Assembly: GCF_006345805.1 (NCBI RefSeq)
Contig: NC_043011.1
Coordinates: 18,364,464 to 18,428,463 of the forward strand
From: Octopus sinensis
Taxonomy: Eukaryota
DNA length: 64,000 nucleotides
Direction of reading: 5' to 3'
In this document: piece after piece, positions 11,231 to 24,597 of the stretch
How positions within the stretch are numbered: the first letter of the stretch is position 1
Layout of the letters: each line of letters starts with the position of its first letter
Notes under the pieces: generated by a model
The model's database searches: none
What the model was told of the DNA's origin: nothing
The model's input: the letters and a program-made list of their open reading frames with translations, nothing else
Position numbers and translations under genes: made by a program

Positions 11231-14200
11231 ATATATTTTTAATGTCTTTCTTTGAAAAATTGCATTCGGTGGGATTAGTAATATTTTTGGTAGAAATGAC
11301 TGATCGTCCCTCTTAGCGTATGGCGTGTATGTAGAATCTCCTGGCATGTATGTATAATGCCTTATATATAAATTAATATGTTCAATAAGAAATAATTATT
11401 TTCGAAATTTTTTCTCTTATGAGGTTTTTACGCTATCTACCTGACAATTTTTGTTAAGTTTTCCTTATTAAATAGTTGTCCTTAATTGCTAAATTTTTAT
11501 TCCGAAAAAACTTTTCCTCTCCGAAATGCAATTCGTAAAAGTTTGCCATTCATCCGGATATAGTATATATAAATTCAACCATGTGCCTCGTTGATGTTGA
11601 TCAGTTAGCTGATCGGCTTAAGCGAAGCGGGGTCGTTGTTTATTTATAGTATATTCAGGCCTGCTGATGATTACGTAAGTATGAAATCACTGTGATACAG
11701 GTCTATATATTTTTAAATGTCTTTCTTTGAAAAATTGCATTCGGTGGGATTAGTAATATTTTTGGTAGAAATGACTGATTGTCCCTCTTAGCGTATGGCG
11801 TGTATGTAGAATGCCTCCTGGCATGTATGTATAATGCCCTCTATATATAAATTAATATGTTCAATAAGAAATAATTATTTTCGAAATTTTTTCTCTTATG
11901 AGGTTTTTACGCTATCTACCTGACAATTTCTTGTTAAGTTTTCCTTATTAAGTAGTTGTCCTTAATTGCTAAATTTTTATTCCGAAAAAACTTTTCCTCT
12001 CCCGAAATGCATTCGTAAAAGTTTGCCATTCATCCGGATATAGTATATATAAACTCAACCATGTGCCTCGTTGATGTTGTCAGTTAGCTGATCGGCTTAG
12101 CGAAGCGGGGGGTTGTTTATTTATAGTATATTCAGGCCTGCTGATGATTACGTAAGTATGAAATCACTGTGATACAGGTCTATATATTTTTAAATGTCTT
12201 TCTTTGAAAAATTGCATTCGGTGGGATTAGTAATATTTTTGGTAGAAATGACTGATTGTCCCTCTTAGCGTATGGCGTGTATGTAGAATGCCTCCTGGCA
12301 TGTATGTATAATGCCCTCTATATATAAATTAATATGTTCAATAAGAAATAATTATTTTCGAAATTTTTTCTCTATGAGGTTTTTACGCTATCTACCTGAC
12401 AATTCTTGTTAAGTTTTCCTTTTAAGTAGTTGTCCTTAATTGCTAAATTTTTATTCCGAAAAAACTTTTCCTCTCCCGAAATGCAATTCGTAAAAGTTTG
12501 CCATTCATCCGGATATAGTATATATAAACTCACCATGTGCCTCGTTGATGTTGATCAGTTAGCTGATCGGCTTAAGCGAAGCGGGGTCGTTGTTTATTTA
12601 TAGTATATTCAGGCCTGCTGATGATTACGTAAGTATGAAATCACTGTGATACAGGTCTATATATTTTTAATGTCTTTCTTTGAAAAATTGCATTCGGTGG
12701 GATTAGTAATATTTTTGGTAGAAATGACTGATTGTCCCTCTTAGCGTATGGCGTGTATGTAGAATGCCTCCTGGCATGTATGTATAATGCCCTCTATATA
12801 TAAATTAATATGTTCAATAAGAAATAATTATTTTCGAAATTTTTTCTCTTATGAGGTTTTTACGCTATCTACCTGACAATTTCTTGTTAAGTTTTCCTTA
12901 TTAAGTAGTTGTCCTTAATTGCTAAATTTTTATTCCGAAAAAACTTTTCCTCTCCCGAAATGCAATTCGTAAAAGTTTGCCATTCATCCGGATATAGTAT
13001 ATATAAACTCACCATGTGCTCGTTGATGTTGATCAGTTAGCTGATCGGCTTAAGCGAAGCGGGGTCGTTGTTTATTTATAGTATATTCAGGCCTGCTGAT
13101 GATTACGTAAGTATGAAATCACTGTGATACAGGTCTATATATTTTTAAATGTCTTTCTTTGAAAAATTGCATTCGGTGGGATTAGTAATATTTTTGGTAG
13201 AAATGACTGATTGTCCCTCTTAGCGTATGGCGTGTATGTAGAATGCCTCCTGGCATGTATGTATAATGCCCTCTATATATAAATTAATATGTTCAATAAG
13301 AAATAATTTTTTTCGAAATTTTTTCTCTTATGAGGTTTTTACGCTATCTACCTGACAATTTCTTGTTAAGTTTTCCTTATTAAGTAGTTGTCCTTAATTG
13401 CTAAATTTTTATTCCGAAAAAACTTTTCCTCTCCCGAAATGCAATTCGTAAAAGTTTGCCATTCATCCGGATATAGTATATATAAACTCAACCATGTGCT
13501 CGTTGATGTTGATCAGTTAGCTGATCGGCTTAAGCGAAGCGGGGTCGTTGTTTATTTATAGTATATTCAGGCCTGCTGATGATTACGTAAGTATGAAATC
13601 ACTGTGATACAGGTCTAATATTTTTAAATGTCTTTCTTTGAAAAATTGCATTCGGTGGGATTAGTAATATTTTTGGTAGAAATGACTGATTGTCCCTCTT
13701 AGCGTATGGCGTGTATGTAGAATGCCTCCTGGCATGTATGTATAATGCCTCTATATATAAATTAATATGTTCAATAAGAAATAATTATTTTCGAAATTTT
13801 TTCTCTTATGAGGTTTTTACGCTATCTACCTGACAATTTCTTGTTAAGTTTTCCTTATTAAGTAGTTGTCCTTAATTGCTAAATTTTTATTCCGAAAAAA
13901 CTTTTCCTCTCCCGAAATGCAATTCGTAAAAGTTTGCCATTCATCCGGATATAGTATATATAAACTCAACCATGTGCTTCGTTGATGTTGATCAGTTAGC
14001 TGATCGGCTTAAGCGAAGCGGGGTCGTTGTTTATTTATAGTATATTCAGGCCTGCTGATGATTACGTAAGTATGAAATCACTGTGATACAGGTCTATATA
14101 TTTTTAAATGTCTTTCTTTGAAAAATTGCATTCGGTGGGATTAGTAATATTTTTGGTAGAAATGACTGATTGTCCCTCTTAGCGTATGGCGTGTATGTAG

Positions 14201-16166
14201 AATGCCTCCTGGCATGTATGTATAATGCCCTCTATATATAAATTAATATGTTCAATAAGAAATAATTATTTTCGAAATTTTTTCTCTTATGAGGTTTTTA
14301 CGCTATCTACCTGACAATTTCTTGTTAAGTTTTCCTTATTAAGTAGTTGTCCTTAATTGCTAAATTTTTATTCCGAAAAAACTTTTCCTCTCCCGAAATG
14401 CAATTCGTAAAAGTTTGCCATTCATCCGGATATAGTATATATAAACTCAACCATGTGCCTCGTTGATGTTGATCAGTTAGCTGATCGGCTTAAGCGAAGC
14501 GGGGTCGTTGTTTATTTATAGTATATTCAGGCCTGCTGATGATTACGTACGTAGTATGAAATCACTGTGATACAGGTCTATATATTTTTAAATGTCTTTC
14601 TTTGAAAAATTGCATTCGGTGGGATTAGTAATATTTTTGGTAGAAATGACTGATTGTCCCTCTTAGCGTATGGCGTGTATGTAGAATGCCTCCTGGCATG
14701 TATGTATAATGCCCTCTATATATAAATTAATATGTTCAATAAGAATAATTATTTTCGAAATTTTTTCTCTTATGAGGTTTTTACGCTATCTACCTGACAA
14801 TTTCTTGTTAAGTTTTCCTTATTAAGTAGTTGTCCTTAATTGCTAAATTTTTATTCCGAAAAAACTTTTCCTCCTCCCGAAATGCAATTCGTAAAAGTTT
14901 GCCATTCATCCGGATATAGTATATATAAACTCAACCATGTGCCTCGTTGATGTTGATCAGTTAGCTGATCGGCTTAAGCGAAGCGGGGTCGTTGTTTATT
15001 TATAGTATATTCAGGCCTGCTGATGATTACGTAAGTATGAAATCACTGTGATACAGGTCTATATATTTTTAAATGTCTTTCTTTGAAAAATTGCATTCGG
15101 TGGGATTAGTAATATTTTTGGTAGAAATGACTGATTGTCCCTCTTAGCGTATGGCGTGTATGTAGAATGCCTCCTGGCATGTATGTATAATGCCCTCTAT
15201 ATATAAATTAATATGTTCAATAAGAAATAATTATTTTCGAAATTTTTTCTCTTATGAGGTTTTTACGCTATCTACCTGACAATTTCTTGTTAAGTTTTCC
15301 TTATTAAGTAGTTGTCTTAATTGCTAAATTTTTATTCCGAAAAAATTTTCCTCTCCCGAAATGCAATTCGTAAAAGTTTGCCATTCATCCGGATATAGTA
15401 TATATAAACCAACCATGTGCCTCGTTGATGTTGATCAGTTAGTTGATCGGCTTAAACGAAGCGGGGTCGTTGTTTATTTATAGTATATTCAGGCCTGCTG
15501 ATGATTACGTAAGTATGAAATCACTGTGATACAGGTCTATATTTTTAAATGTCTTTCTTTGAAAAATTGCATTCGGTGGGATTAGTAATATTTTTGGTAG
15601 AAATGACTGATTGTCCCTCTTAGCGTATGGCGTGTATGTAGAATGCCTCCTGGCATGTATGTATAATGCCCTCTATATATAAATTAATATGTTAATAAGA
15701 AATAATTATTTTCGAAATTTTTTCTCTTATGAGGTTTTTACGCTATCTACCTGACAATTCTTGTTAAGTTTTCCTTCTTATAAGTAGTTGTCTTAATTGC
15801 TAAATTTTTATTCCGAAAAAACTTTTCCTCTCCCGAAATGCAATTCGTAAAAGTTTGCCATTCATCCGGAGCTATCGTATATAAAACTCAACCATGTGCC
15901 TCGTTGATGTTGATCAGTTAGCTGATCGGCTTAAGCGAAGCGGGGTCGTTGTTTATTTATAGTATATTCAGGCCTGCTGATGATTACGTAGTATGAAATC
16001 ACTGTGATACAGGTCTATATATTTTTAAATGTCTTTCTTTGAAAAAAATTGCATTCGGTGGGATTAGTAATATTTTTGGTAGAAATGACTGATTGTCCCT
16101 CTTAGCGTATGGCGTGTATGTAGAATGCATCCTGGCATGTATGTAAAATGCCCTCTATATATAAAT

Positions 16167-16197
<31 letters not shown>

Positions 16198-16309
16198 CCC
16201 TTTGCATACTGAATACTTGGTGAAATTGATTAATTAATTAATTAATTTTACCCTCAATTGTTGAAATTATATATATATATATATATGAATGTATGTATGT
16301 ATGTATATT

Positions 16310-16341
<32 letters not shown>

Positions 16342-16364
16342 TTAATAGTAATGGTATGACAGCA

Positions 16365-16575
16365 AAAGAATGAATGCGACTTCGATATTATGTAAATAGA
16401 GGAATTTATCTGTAAAATAATATGTGACAATTATTCGGTAGGCATGATAAAACTAGGGGCACTTTTGTTTTGTCTCAATAACTGAGGAGATGCCGGACCA
16501 GTTATTCCGCCCCGTCATTCGAAACTTGGAATGTTATTATGGCAACCGAGTAATTGTCACATAGTATTTTAGTGA
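16365..16575. mobile_element. (TA)n-bounded fold-back element with a decayed hammerhead
   Basis: Inverted arms aaaataatatgtgacaattattcggtaggcat / atggcaaccgagtaattgtcacatagtatttt. Interior aataa-CTGAGGA...GAAA with broken stem III. Same termini as 31075-31462. Confidence 0.55.
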
Positions 16576-16592
16576 TATATATATATATATAT

Positions 16593-16803
16593 GTATGTGT
16601 GCGTGTTTGTCTATGTTTGCTCCCCCCGAACCATTACTTGACAAGTGATATTGGTATGTTAACATCCCTTCAACCTAGCGGTTCAGCAAAACAGATCAAT
16701 AGAATAAGTACTAGTCTTACAAACAATAAAAGCTGGGGTCCATTCGTTCGACTAAAATCGGTGTTGCCACTTGGTCACAGTCAAGTGACTGCAACAAAAT
16801 AAA
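16593..16803 (+). mobile_element. SINE family A, 3' half
   Basis: Matches 5265-5470 (ctagcggttc.gc.aaa..gat..atagaataagtact...gtcaa.tgactg.aacaa). Confidence 0.75.
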
Positions 16804-16959
16804 ATATTATAAATAAATGTGTGTCTGTGTGAATTCTAAAATGTCTTTTAAGGCCTCTGTTTCAGTTGCGGCTCATGGCGTACATGCCACTGAAATGTGT
16901 GCACAGATATAGAAGCAGAGTGGTTGATGGAGTTTCGTTTGTTTCTTATTCGCCATGAT

Positions 16960-17133
16960 AGATTGCTAGCCACTAAACATTTTTGTCTCCTTGTTTCTCT
17001 CTGTTTTCCTTTCTGTGGAAGAGCGTCGGCTCGAAACGTTAAAGACGTTTTCACTTCCTGAGCGTTATACTAATACATCTGTTTGTTTTCAACACCACCT
17101 GTCTCTACCTTTGTTTTTTTGTGAATTCTCCCT
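16960..17133 (+). mobile_element. Small element with a hammerhead-like motif carrying a core substitution
   Basis: cttt-CTGTGGA-a-gagc-gtcg-gctc-GAAA-cgt-t-aaag at 17009-17044; position 6 is U instead of A. Confidence 0.5.
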
Positions 17134-17159
17134 ATATAATACTTAGATAAACTTAGATA

Positions 17160-17342
17160 TGTTTCGACCAAAGATTGGTCCAGACCATCTCTAACTTAAT
17201 GGCACCACCTGATAGGATTATCTAAATCCTGTTTAAGTCAAGATTTGTTTATGGTCCATTCAAGTAGTGAGTTCTTGTTGGGGGAGTTGTATCCAATCAT
17301 GGGTGGCTTATCCGGTATTACTTGAAGAAATCTATCCAGACT
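17160..17342 (-). mobile_element. 3' end of a CR1/L2-like LINE
   Basis: SLDRFLQVIPDKPPMIGYNSPNKNSLLEW resembles the LD.FL..IPD.P...GY....NSL.DW ORF2 terminus. Confidence 0.5.
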
Positions 17343-17386
17343 CATATTATATATATAAGTATGTATAGACACACACACACACACAT

Positions 17387-17484
<98 letters not shown>

Positions 17485-18187
17485 GTAGCTCGGTGACATG
17501 AGATCTGTTGTTGCAGTAACTGCTATTCCTAATCATTCCACCCTTGAAGAAGTGACAACATTCGCCGTCGGCCGACATTGTCAAGAACGTCGTGTATATT
17601 AAAGTAAGACAGGAGAAACATTTTCAGTTTGTGTCTGCCTATCGTCATCCATTTCTTTCCATCCACCATCCACACGTCCAATTTAGATTTGGGTGTAAAG
17701 TCCCGCTTACGATGCATAAATAGCGAATTCGTGCCCAAACACACTGTTCCGTCAAAATATACCCACTACTATTATTTGAATCAAAAATTATTATGCACAT
17801 GAGATGAAGACATAATTGAAGCTGAGAATATGAAATAATGAAACGTAAATAACCAAAATAAAGAAGAAAGTAAAGAAAAAAATTAATAAATATCCTTATA
17901 AATTGCTATTAATCTCTTATGTCTACATAATATTGTGACTTTAATATATTTATTTAATTTACGATAAGATATCTTTCACCATCAATAAAATTCAGTTTAA
18001 AATCAGTTAAATAGCTAATATATTGCCAGCACATTGTCTTTAACGTACATTATTAATGATAGAACATCGCACCTACGAAAAAAGTTCACTTTAATAATTC
18101 AATATATCTCAGGTTATAAAGAAAATTACAAACATTATAATTACGTCACAAGACATAAATTGGCAACGTGTGTTTACGCAGATGTTT

Positions 18188-18258
<71 letters not shown>

Positions 18259-18869
18259 ATGTGTGATTGTGTATGCATGCATGGCTGAATAAGTACATAT
18301 ATGTGTGTGTGTGTCCGTCCATTTATCTATCTATGAAAATATCAATTTATCTTTCTATCTATCTATATGTACTTATACATATTACACACACAGACAGGCA
18401 CACACGAACACACATACACACACACACACACACACATGTATATAGAAGTTTATAAACTTTCGAGAAAATGGGGAAATGGCTCTTTTTGAGAATTGGATCT
18501 CGAAACACATACAATGCAATAAATAATAGCATATGAATATTGACATTCCACCACTGTCAAATATTCATAGCTTAAGAGGATGTGAGTTCGTGTCACACAG
18601 AGTGTCTTCGACTTTTTCTATCCCCAAAGGTTCTTCAGAGTTTTTGAAACCAATATTTGCATGCCTATATTTATAGGTTTCGCATACATGGAGATCCAAT
18701 TTCGGCGTAATTTATATATATCTACTTATCTATTTATGTATGTGTGTGTGCTCGTTCGCGAATAAATATATATATGTCTATATATACGCACACATACATA
18801 CTCATCTACAAATACTCGTACATTTATACACATAATAATTTCGTGTTATATATGTATGTATATATATAT

Positions 18870-18905
<36 letters not shown>

Positions 18906-18910
18906 CATAC

Positions 18911-18959
<49 letters not shown>

Positions 18960-18992
18960 CACACATATATATTATATATGTGTGTGTGTGTG

Positions 18993-19941
<949 letters not shown>

Positions 19942-19955
19942 TATACACATATATG

Positions 19956-20004
<49 letters not shown>

Positions 20005-20793
20005 TAATATTAATAAAAATACTATACCATCTATCTGACGTTAACACTAGAAACGTACATCTGCAAAAATTATTTGGACTGACATGAGGTCTAACACCCA
20101 TTTAGAATAAATCGATTTTGCAATCTAAAAGTCCAGGCTTCTCTCGCTTACGTAAACCTTTCATACTTCAGTTTATGGCAAACCACATCGAACTGTAATG
20201 AATAACTTAAGAATATTCGAAGTAAACAATCCCATTGTATTTTATCCGATGTGTAAAGCCTCAGTTCTCATTGTTTGATTATACGTTGTTTACTACTGTA
20301 TAAATAAAATATATAACGAAAAATAATACAACTACAGATTTTTTTTATTACAGTCATTTATACAATATATTCAATTTAAATCTTTGTCCGACATCTGTTT
20401 CTGGTACCTGGATATCTCGCAATATATTTCGCATTTGTATCCAGTTTCTTCATACGATCAAAAACGTTGCCGTGCAGCTTTATTGATAGTGTTACCACTA
20501 TTAAAGTTTGGAGCGAAGGAGATATAATGTAGAACACTTGTCAAGGTTATCTCTACTGATATTCCATAAAAATAATAGCCAGTATAGGTTTTTGTTACGA
20601 TGCTTCGTAATCGAGACAGCAGATATAAACAAACAATAAAATCGAAAAAGCGTGGTATATTTCGGGAGATTTTTCTCCATCACCACCACAGTCCGTTTAT
20701 CATCTACGAAAACCTGGCTTAAATAGCCACTAAATACCGTGGTGTAACTTTAGTTGACATGACAATTTTACATATAGATATATACATACATAC

Positions 20794-20917
<124 letters not shown>

Positions 20918-20959
20918 CTCTCTCTCTCTATATATATATGTATATATATATAGTTATAT

Positions 20960-21236
20960 GTGGAGGCGCAATGGCCCAGCGGACTCGCGGTCGTAGAATC
21001 GCAGTTTCGATACCCAGACTGGTTGTTGTGAGTTTTTATTGAGCGAAAATACCTAAAGCTCCACGAGGCTCCGGCAGAGAGTGTGGCGGTCCCTGCTGTA
21101 CTCTTTCCCCACAACTTTGTCTCACTCTTTCTTCCGTTGCCTGCTCGCTTAGCCAGTTGTGTGGCATCATCTGAAGGCAAAAACAATGCGAAGCGCATTG
21201 TGACCAGCGATGTGTAGCAACATCTGATAGCCTGAT
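20960..21236 (+). mobile_element. tRNA-derived SINE, family C
   Basis: ggaggcgcaatggcccag head; body and tail (cattgtgaccagcgatgtgtagcaacatctgatagcctg) match 45198-45502 in reverse. Confidence 0.75.
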
Positions 21237-22256
21237 GTGTGTGTGTGAGAGTGTGTGCGTGCATATATATGCATATATTTACTATATGTGTGCGCGTACA
21301 CATATGAGCAAATATGTGGCATGAGCGAGTGATGAATAGGATATATATATATTATTTATATGTATATTGTGGAAAATTGCACCTCTCTAGTTTTATTTTA
21401 AGTACAGACGACTGTTTGTTGGAATGTGTGAGGACAAGTAAATTATAAATGGCACTATATCTGGTATTTTGTCATTGTTTTATCGTTTCCCCTTCACGTT
21501 TCCACTTTCCTGTATAGCATTGTCTTACCTATGTAATTAACACCCCATCCTGTATATAATGCCGTTTCAACAATGGCGCCATTTGTTCAGCTATATAACC
21601 AATTAGTGAAAACATTAAGCGCCAATGAACTCTCTAAAAGTCACCCCATAGAAACATCTAATTGAGAAGTATCTAATCATACAACCACAACAAATTCTAT
21701 TATGTTTAAGTTATCTGCAGAAGAGGCACAATCTTTACTACATGTTCAATTTATATTTCCACTCAACTTTCCACTGTTTAAATGGATAAATGTGTATCCA
21801 AGGTTTTCTTGACGAATTCATTACGGCTCAAAATTCCTAATTGAAAGGTGGAAAGCAATTGACGAAGAAGAAAATTGAATAACTTGTTAGCACCTTCAAG
21901 TTAGCCAATAGCCGTTCGGTACTCATTCTGAAACAAGTGTAGTACATAGCAAGCTAATCCATTCTTCTTAATCATAGAATTATGTATCACATACTATGCA
22001 TCATTTGTTACTATGTTACCGAGGTTTTAGTGGTGGGCATCGGAATTTCTGCCTTATGGTACTAAGTGGATGAGATATATTATATTACTAAATACACTGT
22101 ATTTACTGTTGATTGTCTGATACTTCGTTATTTATACTTGCGTTGTCCCTGCCAGAAGTAATCGTACATTTTACTCGAAGAACCTTAATCTTATAAAGTT
22201 ATACAAATATGCACACACACACAAACACACACACGTGTGTATGCGTGCATACATAC

Positions 22257-22328
<72 letters not shown>

Positions 22329-22638
22329 AAATTTACATATATATATATATATATTTATAAGATATGAACTCAAACAGTGATAGACATAAACCAATACATA
22401 AATAACAAATAATATAAATATAATTAATATATAATTAATATATAATATGTTTGAGTTGCATAATTGTAGTTTTATCTCTAATACATATTTCATATTTTAT
22501 GTATTTATACTGTCAAATTTGATTTAATACCAAATCGAATTTTTCCCTGTAAGTTTGGAGCTATACTCCCTAATAAATATATATATTCTTTCTTCCCCGT
22601 CTTTCTTGATGGACAATGGGTTGCGCCAAGGGTGGGGC

Positions 22639-24597
22639 CTACTTTGATGATGTGCAGCGTCTGCTGTGACTGAACAGTCCAATTCTAGAGTGGCAGTCCT
22701 TGGTACATTTGCTGCACACGAACATCGATGGGTACGTGTGGTGTGTTGCTGCAGTTGTCCTCCTCCTGTCCCGCCTGTCCAACCACAGCTGTGCTCTCCT
22801 CTCCTCAGCCATGGAAACGCCTTTCCTCACCGTCCGACGCCAGGCAGAGCGGTCAGCAGCTGTTTCCTCCCACGTGTCCACACAGAGGTTGGCAGTCCTC
22901 AGGTCGCGCTTGCACACGTCCCTATATCGTAGCTGTGGACGTCCCTTGGGTCGGGATCCCGTGGTGAGTTCGCTGTACAGGATGTCTTTAGGCATGCGAC
23001 CGTCCTGCATGCGGCAGACGTGTCCGAGCCAGCGCAGTCGTCTCCGAACGAGGAGGGCATACATGCTTGGCATATTAGTCTGTTCCAGGATGACTCCGTT
23101 TGGTACTCGGTCCTTCCAGGAGATGCCAAGGATCCGTCGAAGACACCGCATGTCGAAGCCGCTGAGGCGGCATTCCCGCCGGGTGTATGTTGTCCAGCTC
23201 TCGCTGCCGTAGAGTAGGGTGCTCAGCACGCAGGCTCGGTACACTGCGATCTTGGTGGTTATTGTGAGCATGTTGTTTTCCCACACTCTCCTGGAGAGCT
23301 TAGCCATGGCAGCAGCAGCCTTCCCAATCCGTCTGTTCAGCTCCGGCTCGAGGGACAGGCTGCTGGAGACCGTCGATCTCAGGTAAGTAAACTCGTTCAC
23401 CACCTGCAAGCTGTGGTCGCCGACACTGATGCTGGGGACCCCTCCGACGTCCTGGCCCATGATCTCTGTCTTTTTCAGGCTGATGGTAAGGCCGAACTCT
23501 TGGCAGGCATCCGCCAGGGAGCTGACCAGCCTCTGGAGACCCGGTTGGTTGTGTGATGTTAGGGCGGCATCGTCAGCAAAGAGGATCTCTCTGATCAGCA
23601 CCTGACGGACTTTGGTCTTAGCTCTGAGGCGCGCAAGATTGAACAATCCACCATCAGCCCTGGTGTGGAGGAACACTCCGTCGTCGGACGTTCTGAAGGC
23701 ATAGGACAGGACAAGGGAGAAGAAAATTCCGAAGAGCGTCGGCGCCAGAACGCAACCCTGTTTCACTCCACTGTGGATGGGGAATGACTCCGAGGGCGAT
23801 CCGTCAAACTGCACTGTTCCCTGCATACCGTCGTGAAAGGAGGTGATGAGTTTCAGCAGTCTGGGAGGGCAACCTATCCTACCCAGGAGCGCAAACAGCC
23901 CCTCCCTGCTGACTGAGTCGAACGCCTTAGCCAGGTCGATGAAGGCCACGTATAGGGGCTGTCTCTGTTCTCGACTCTTTTCTTGAAGCTGCCTGAGTGA
24001 GAAGATCATGTCAATTGTAGACCTCTCTGCCCTAAAGCCAGACTGAGACTCGGGGTACACACGCTCTGCAAGTATTTGCAACCTCTTCAGGACCACCCTG
24101 GCAAATGCCTTACCAAGAGTGCTGAGCAGTGATGTGCCCCTGTAATTATTGCAGTCGCTTCTTTCCCTTTTGTTTTTATACAGTGTGATGATGTTTGCGT
24201 CACGCATATCCTTAGGGACAGAGCCCTCCTCCCAGCACTGACAGAGCAGCTCATGGAGATGGCCCAGAAGGGCTGGCTTCCCGCACTGGATGACTTCTGC
24301 GGGGATGCCGTCTTGCCCTGGTGCGTTGCCCCGAGCGAGTGAGTCAATTGCTTTGCTCAGTTCTTCCTTTGTTGGAGGCAGGTCAAGCTCCTCCGTGACA
24401 GGCAGAGCAGGAATGCCGGCGAGGGCAGATCTGGTGACCACATTCACAGTGGAGTAGAGGTTCTGGTAATGCTCGACCCACCTCCCCATCTGCTTCGCTT
24501 GGTCCTTGATGACCTCGCCATCTCTGGACTTCAGTGGAGCAACCTTTCTGACAGTGGGCCCGAATGCTTTCTTCATCCCCTCGTACATCCCTTTCAC
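22639..24597 (-). CDS. RTE ORF: reverse transcriptase and C-terminal part
   Basis: APGQDGIPAE, DCNNYRG.SLLS, QSGFRAERSTID, AFIDLAKAFDSV, GVKQGCVLAPTLF, LFADD, RLRWLGHVCRM, CSKCTKDCHSRIGLFSHSRRC. No internal stops. Confidence 0.95.
   Translation of the reverse strand: MKGMYEGMKKAFGPTVRKVAPLKSRDGEVIKDQAKQMGRWVEHYQNLYSTVNVVTRSALAGIPALPVTEELDLPPTKEELSKAIDSLARGNAPGQDGIPAEVIQCGKPALLGHLHELLCQCWEEGSVPKDMRDANIITLYKNKRERSDCNNYRGTSLLSTLGKAFARVVLKRLQILAERVYPESQSGFRAERSTIDMIFSLRQLQEKSREQRQPLYVAFIDLAKAFDSVSREGLFALLGRIGCPPRLLKLITSFHDGMQGTVQFDGSPSESFPIHSGVKQGCVLAPTLFGIFFSLVLSYAFRTSDDGVFLHTRADGGLFNLARLRAKTKVRQVLIREILFADDAALTSHNQPGLQRLVSSLADACQEFGLTISLKKTEIMGQDVGGVPSISVGDHSLQVVNEFTYLRSTVSSSLSLEPELNRRIGKAAAAMAKLSRRVWENNMLTITTKIAVYRACVLSTLLYGSESWTTYTRRECRLSGFDMRCLRRILGISWKDRVPNGVILEQTNMPSMYALLVRRRLRWLGHVCRMQDGRMPKDILYSELTTGSRPKGRPQLRYRDVCKRDLRTANLCVDTWEETAADRSAWRRTVRKGVSMAEERRAQLWLDRRDRRRTTAATHHTYPSMFVCSKCTKDCHSRIGLFSHSRRCTSSK

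Larger units (their letters stand above)
10618..16168. repeat. Array of a ~480-bp unit: one inverted copy (10618-11054), then 10 full and 1 partial direct copies
   Basis: Direct units start near 11055, 11529, 12010, 12484, 12963, 13442, 13920, 14401, 14885, 15364 and 15841. They are nearly identical apart from scattered 1-3 nt indels. (TA)n lies on both sides. Confidence 0.97.

Noticed and set aside
10618-16168. Array considered as a CRISPR array, rDNA/tRNA cluster or plain satellite
   Set aside because: No unique spacers and no rRNA/tRNA features. The inverted first unit, (TA)n junctions and embedded hammerhead point to a retroelement origin rather than a simple satellite.
11055-16168. Unit-to-unit 1-3 nt indels as real array evolution
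   Set aside because: Mostly single-copy, homopolymer-associated losses typical of long-read error; cannot be interpreted without reads.
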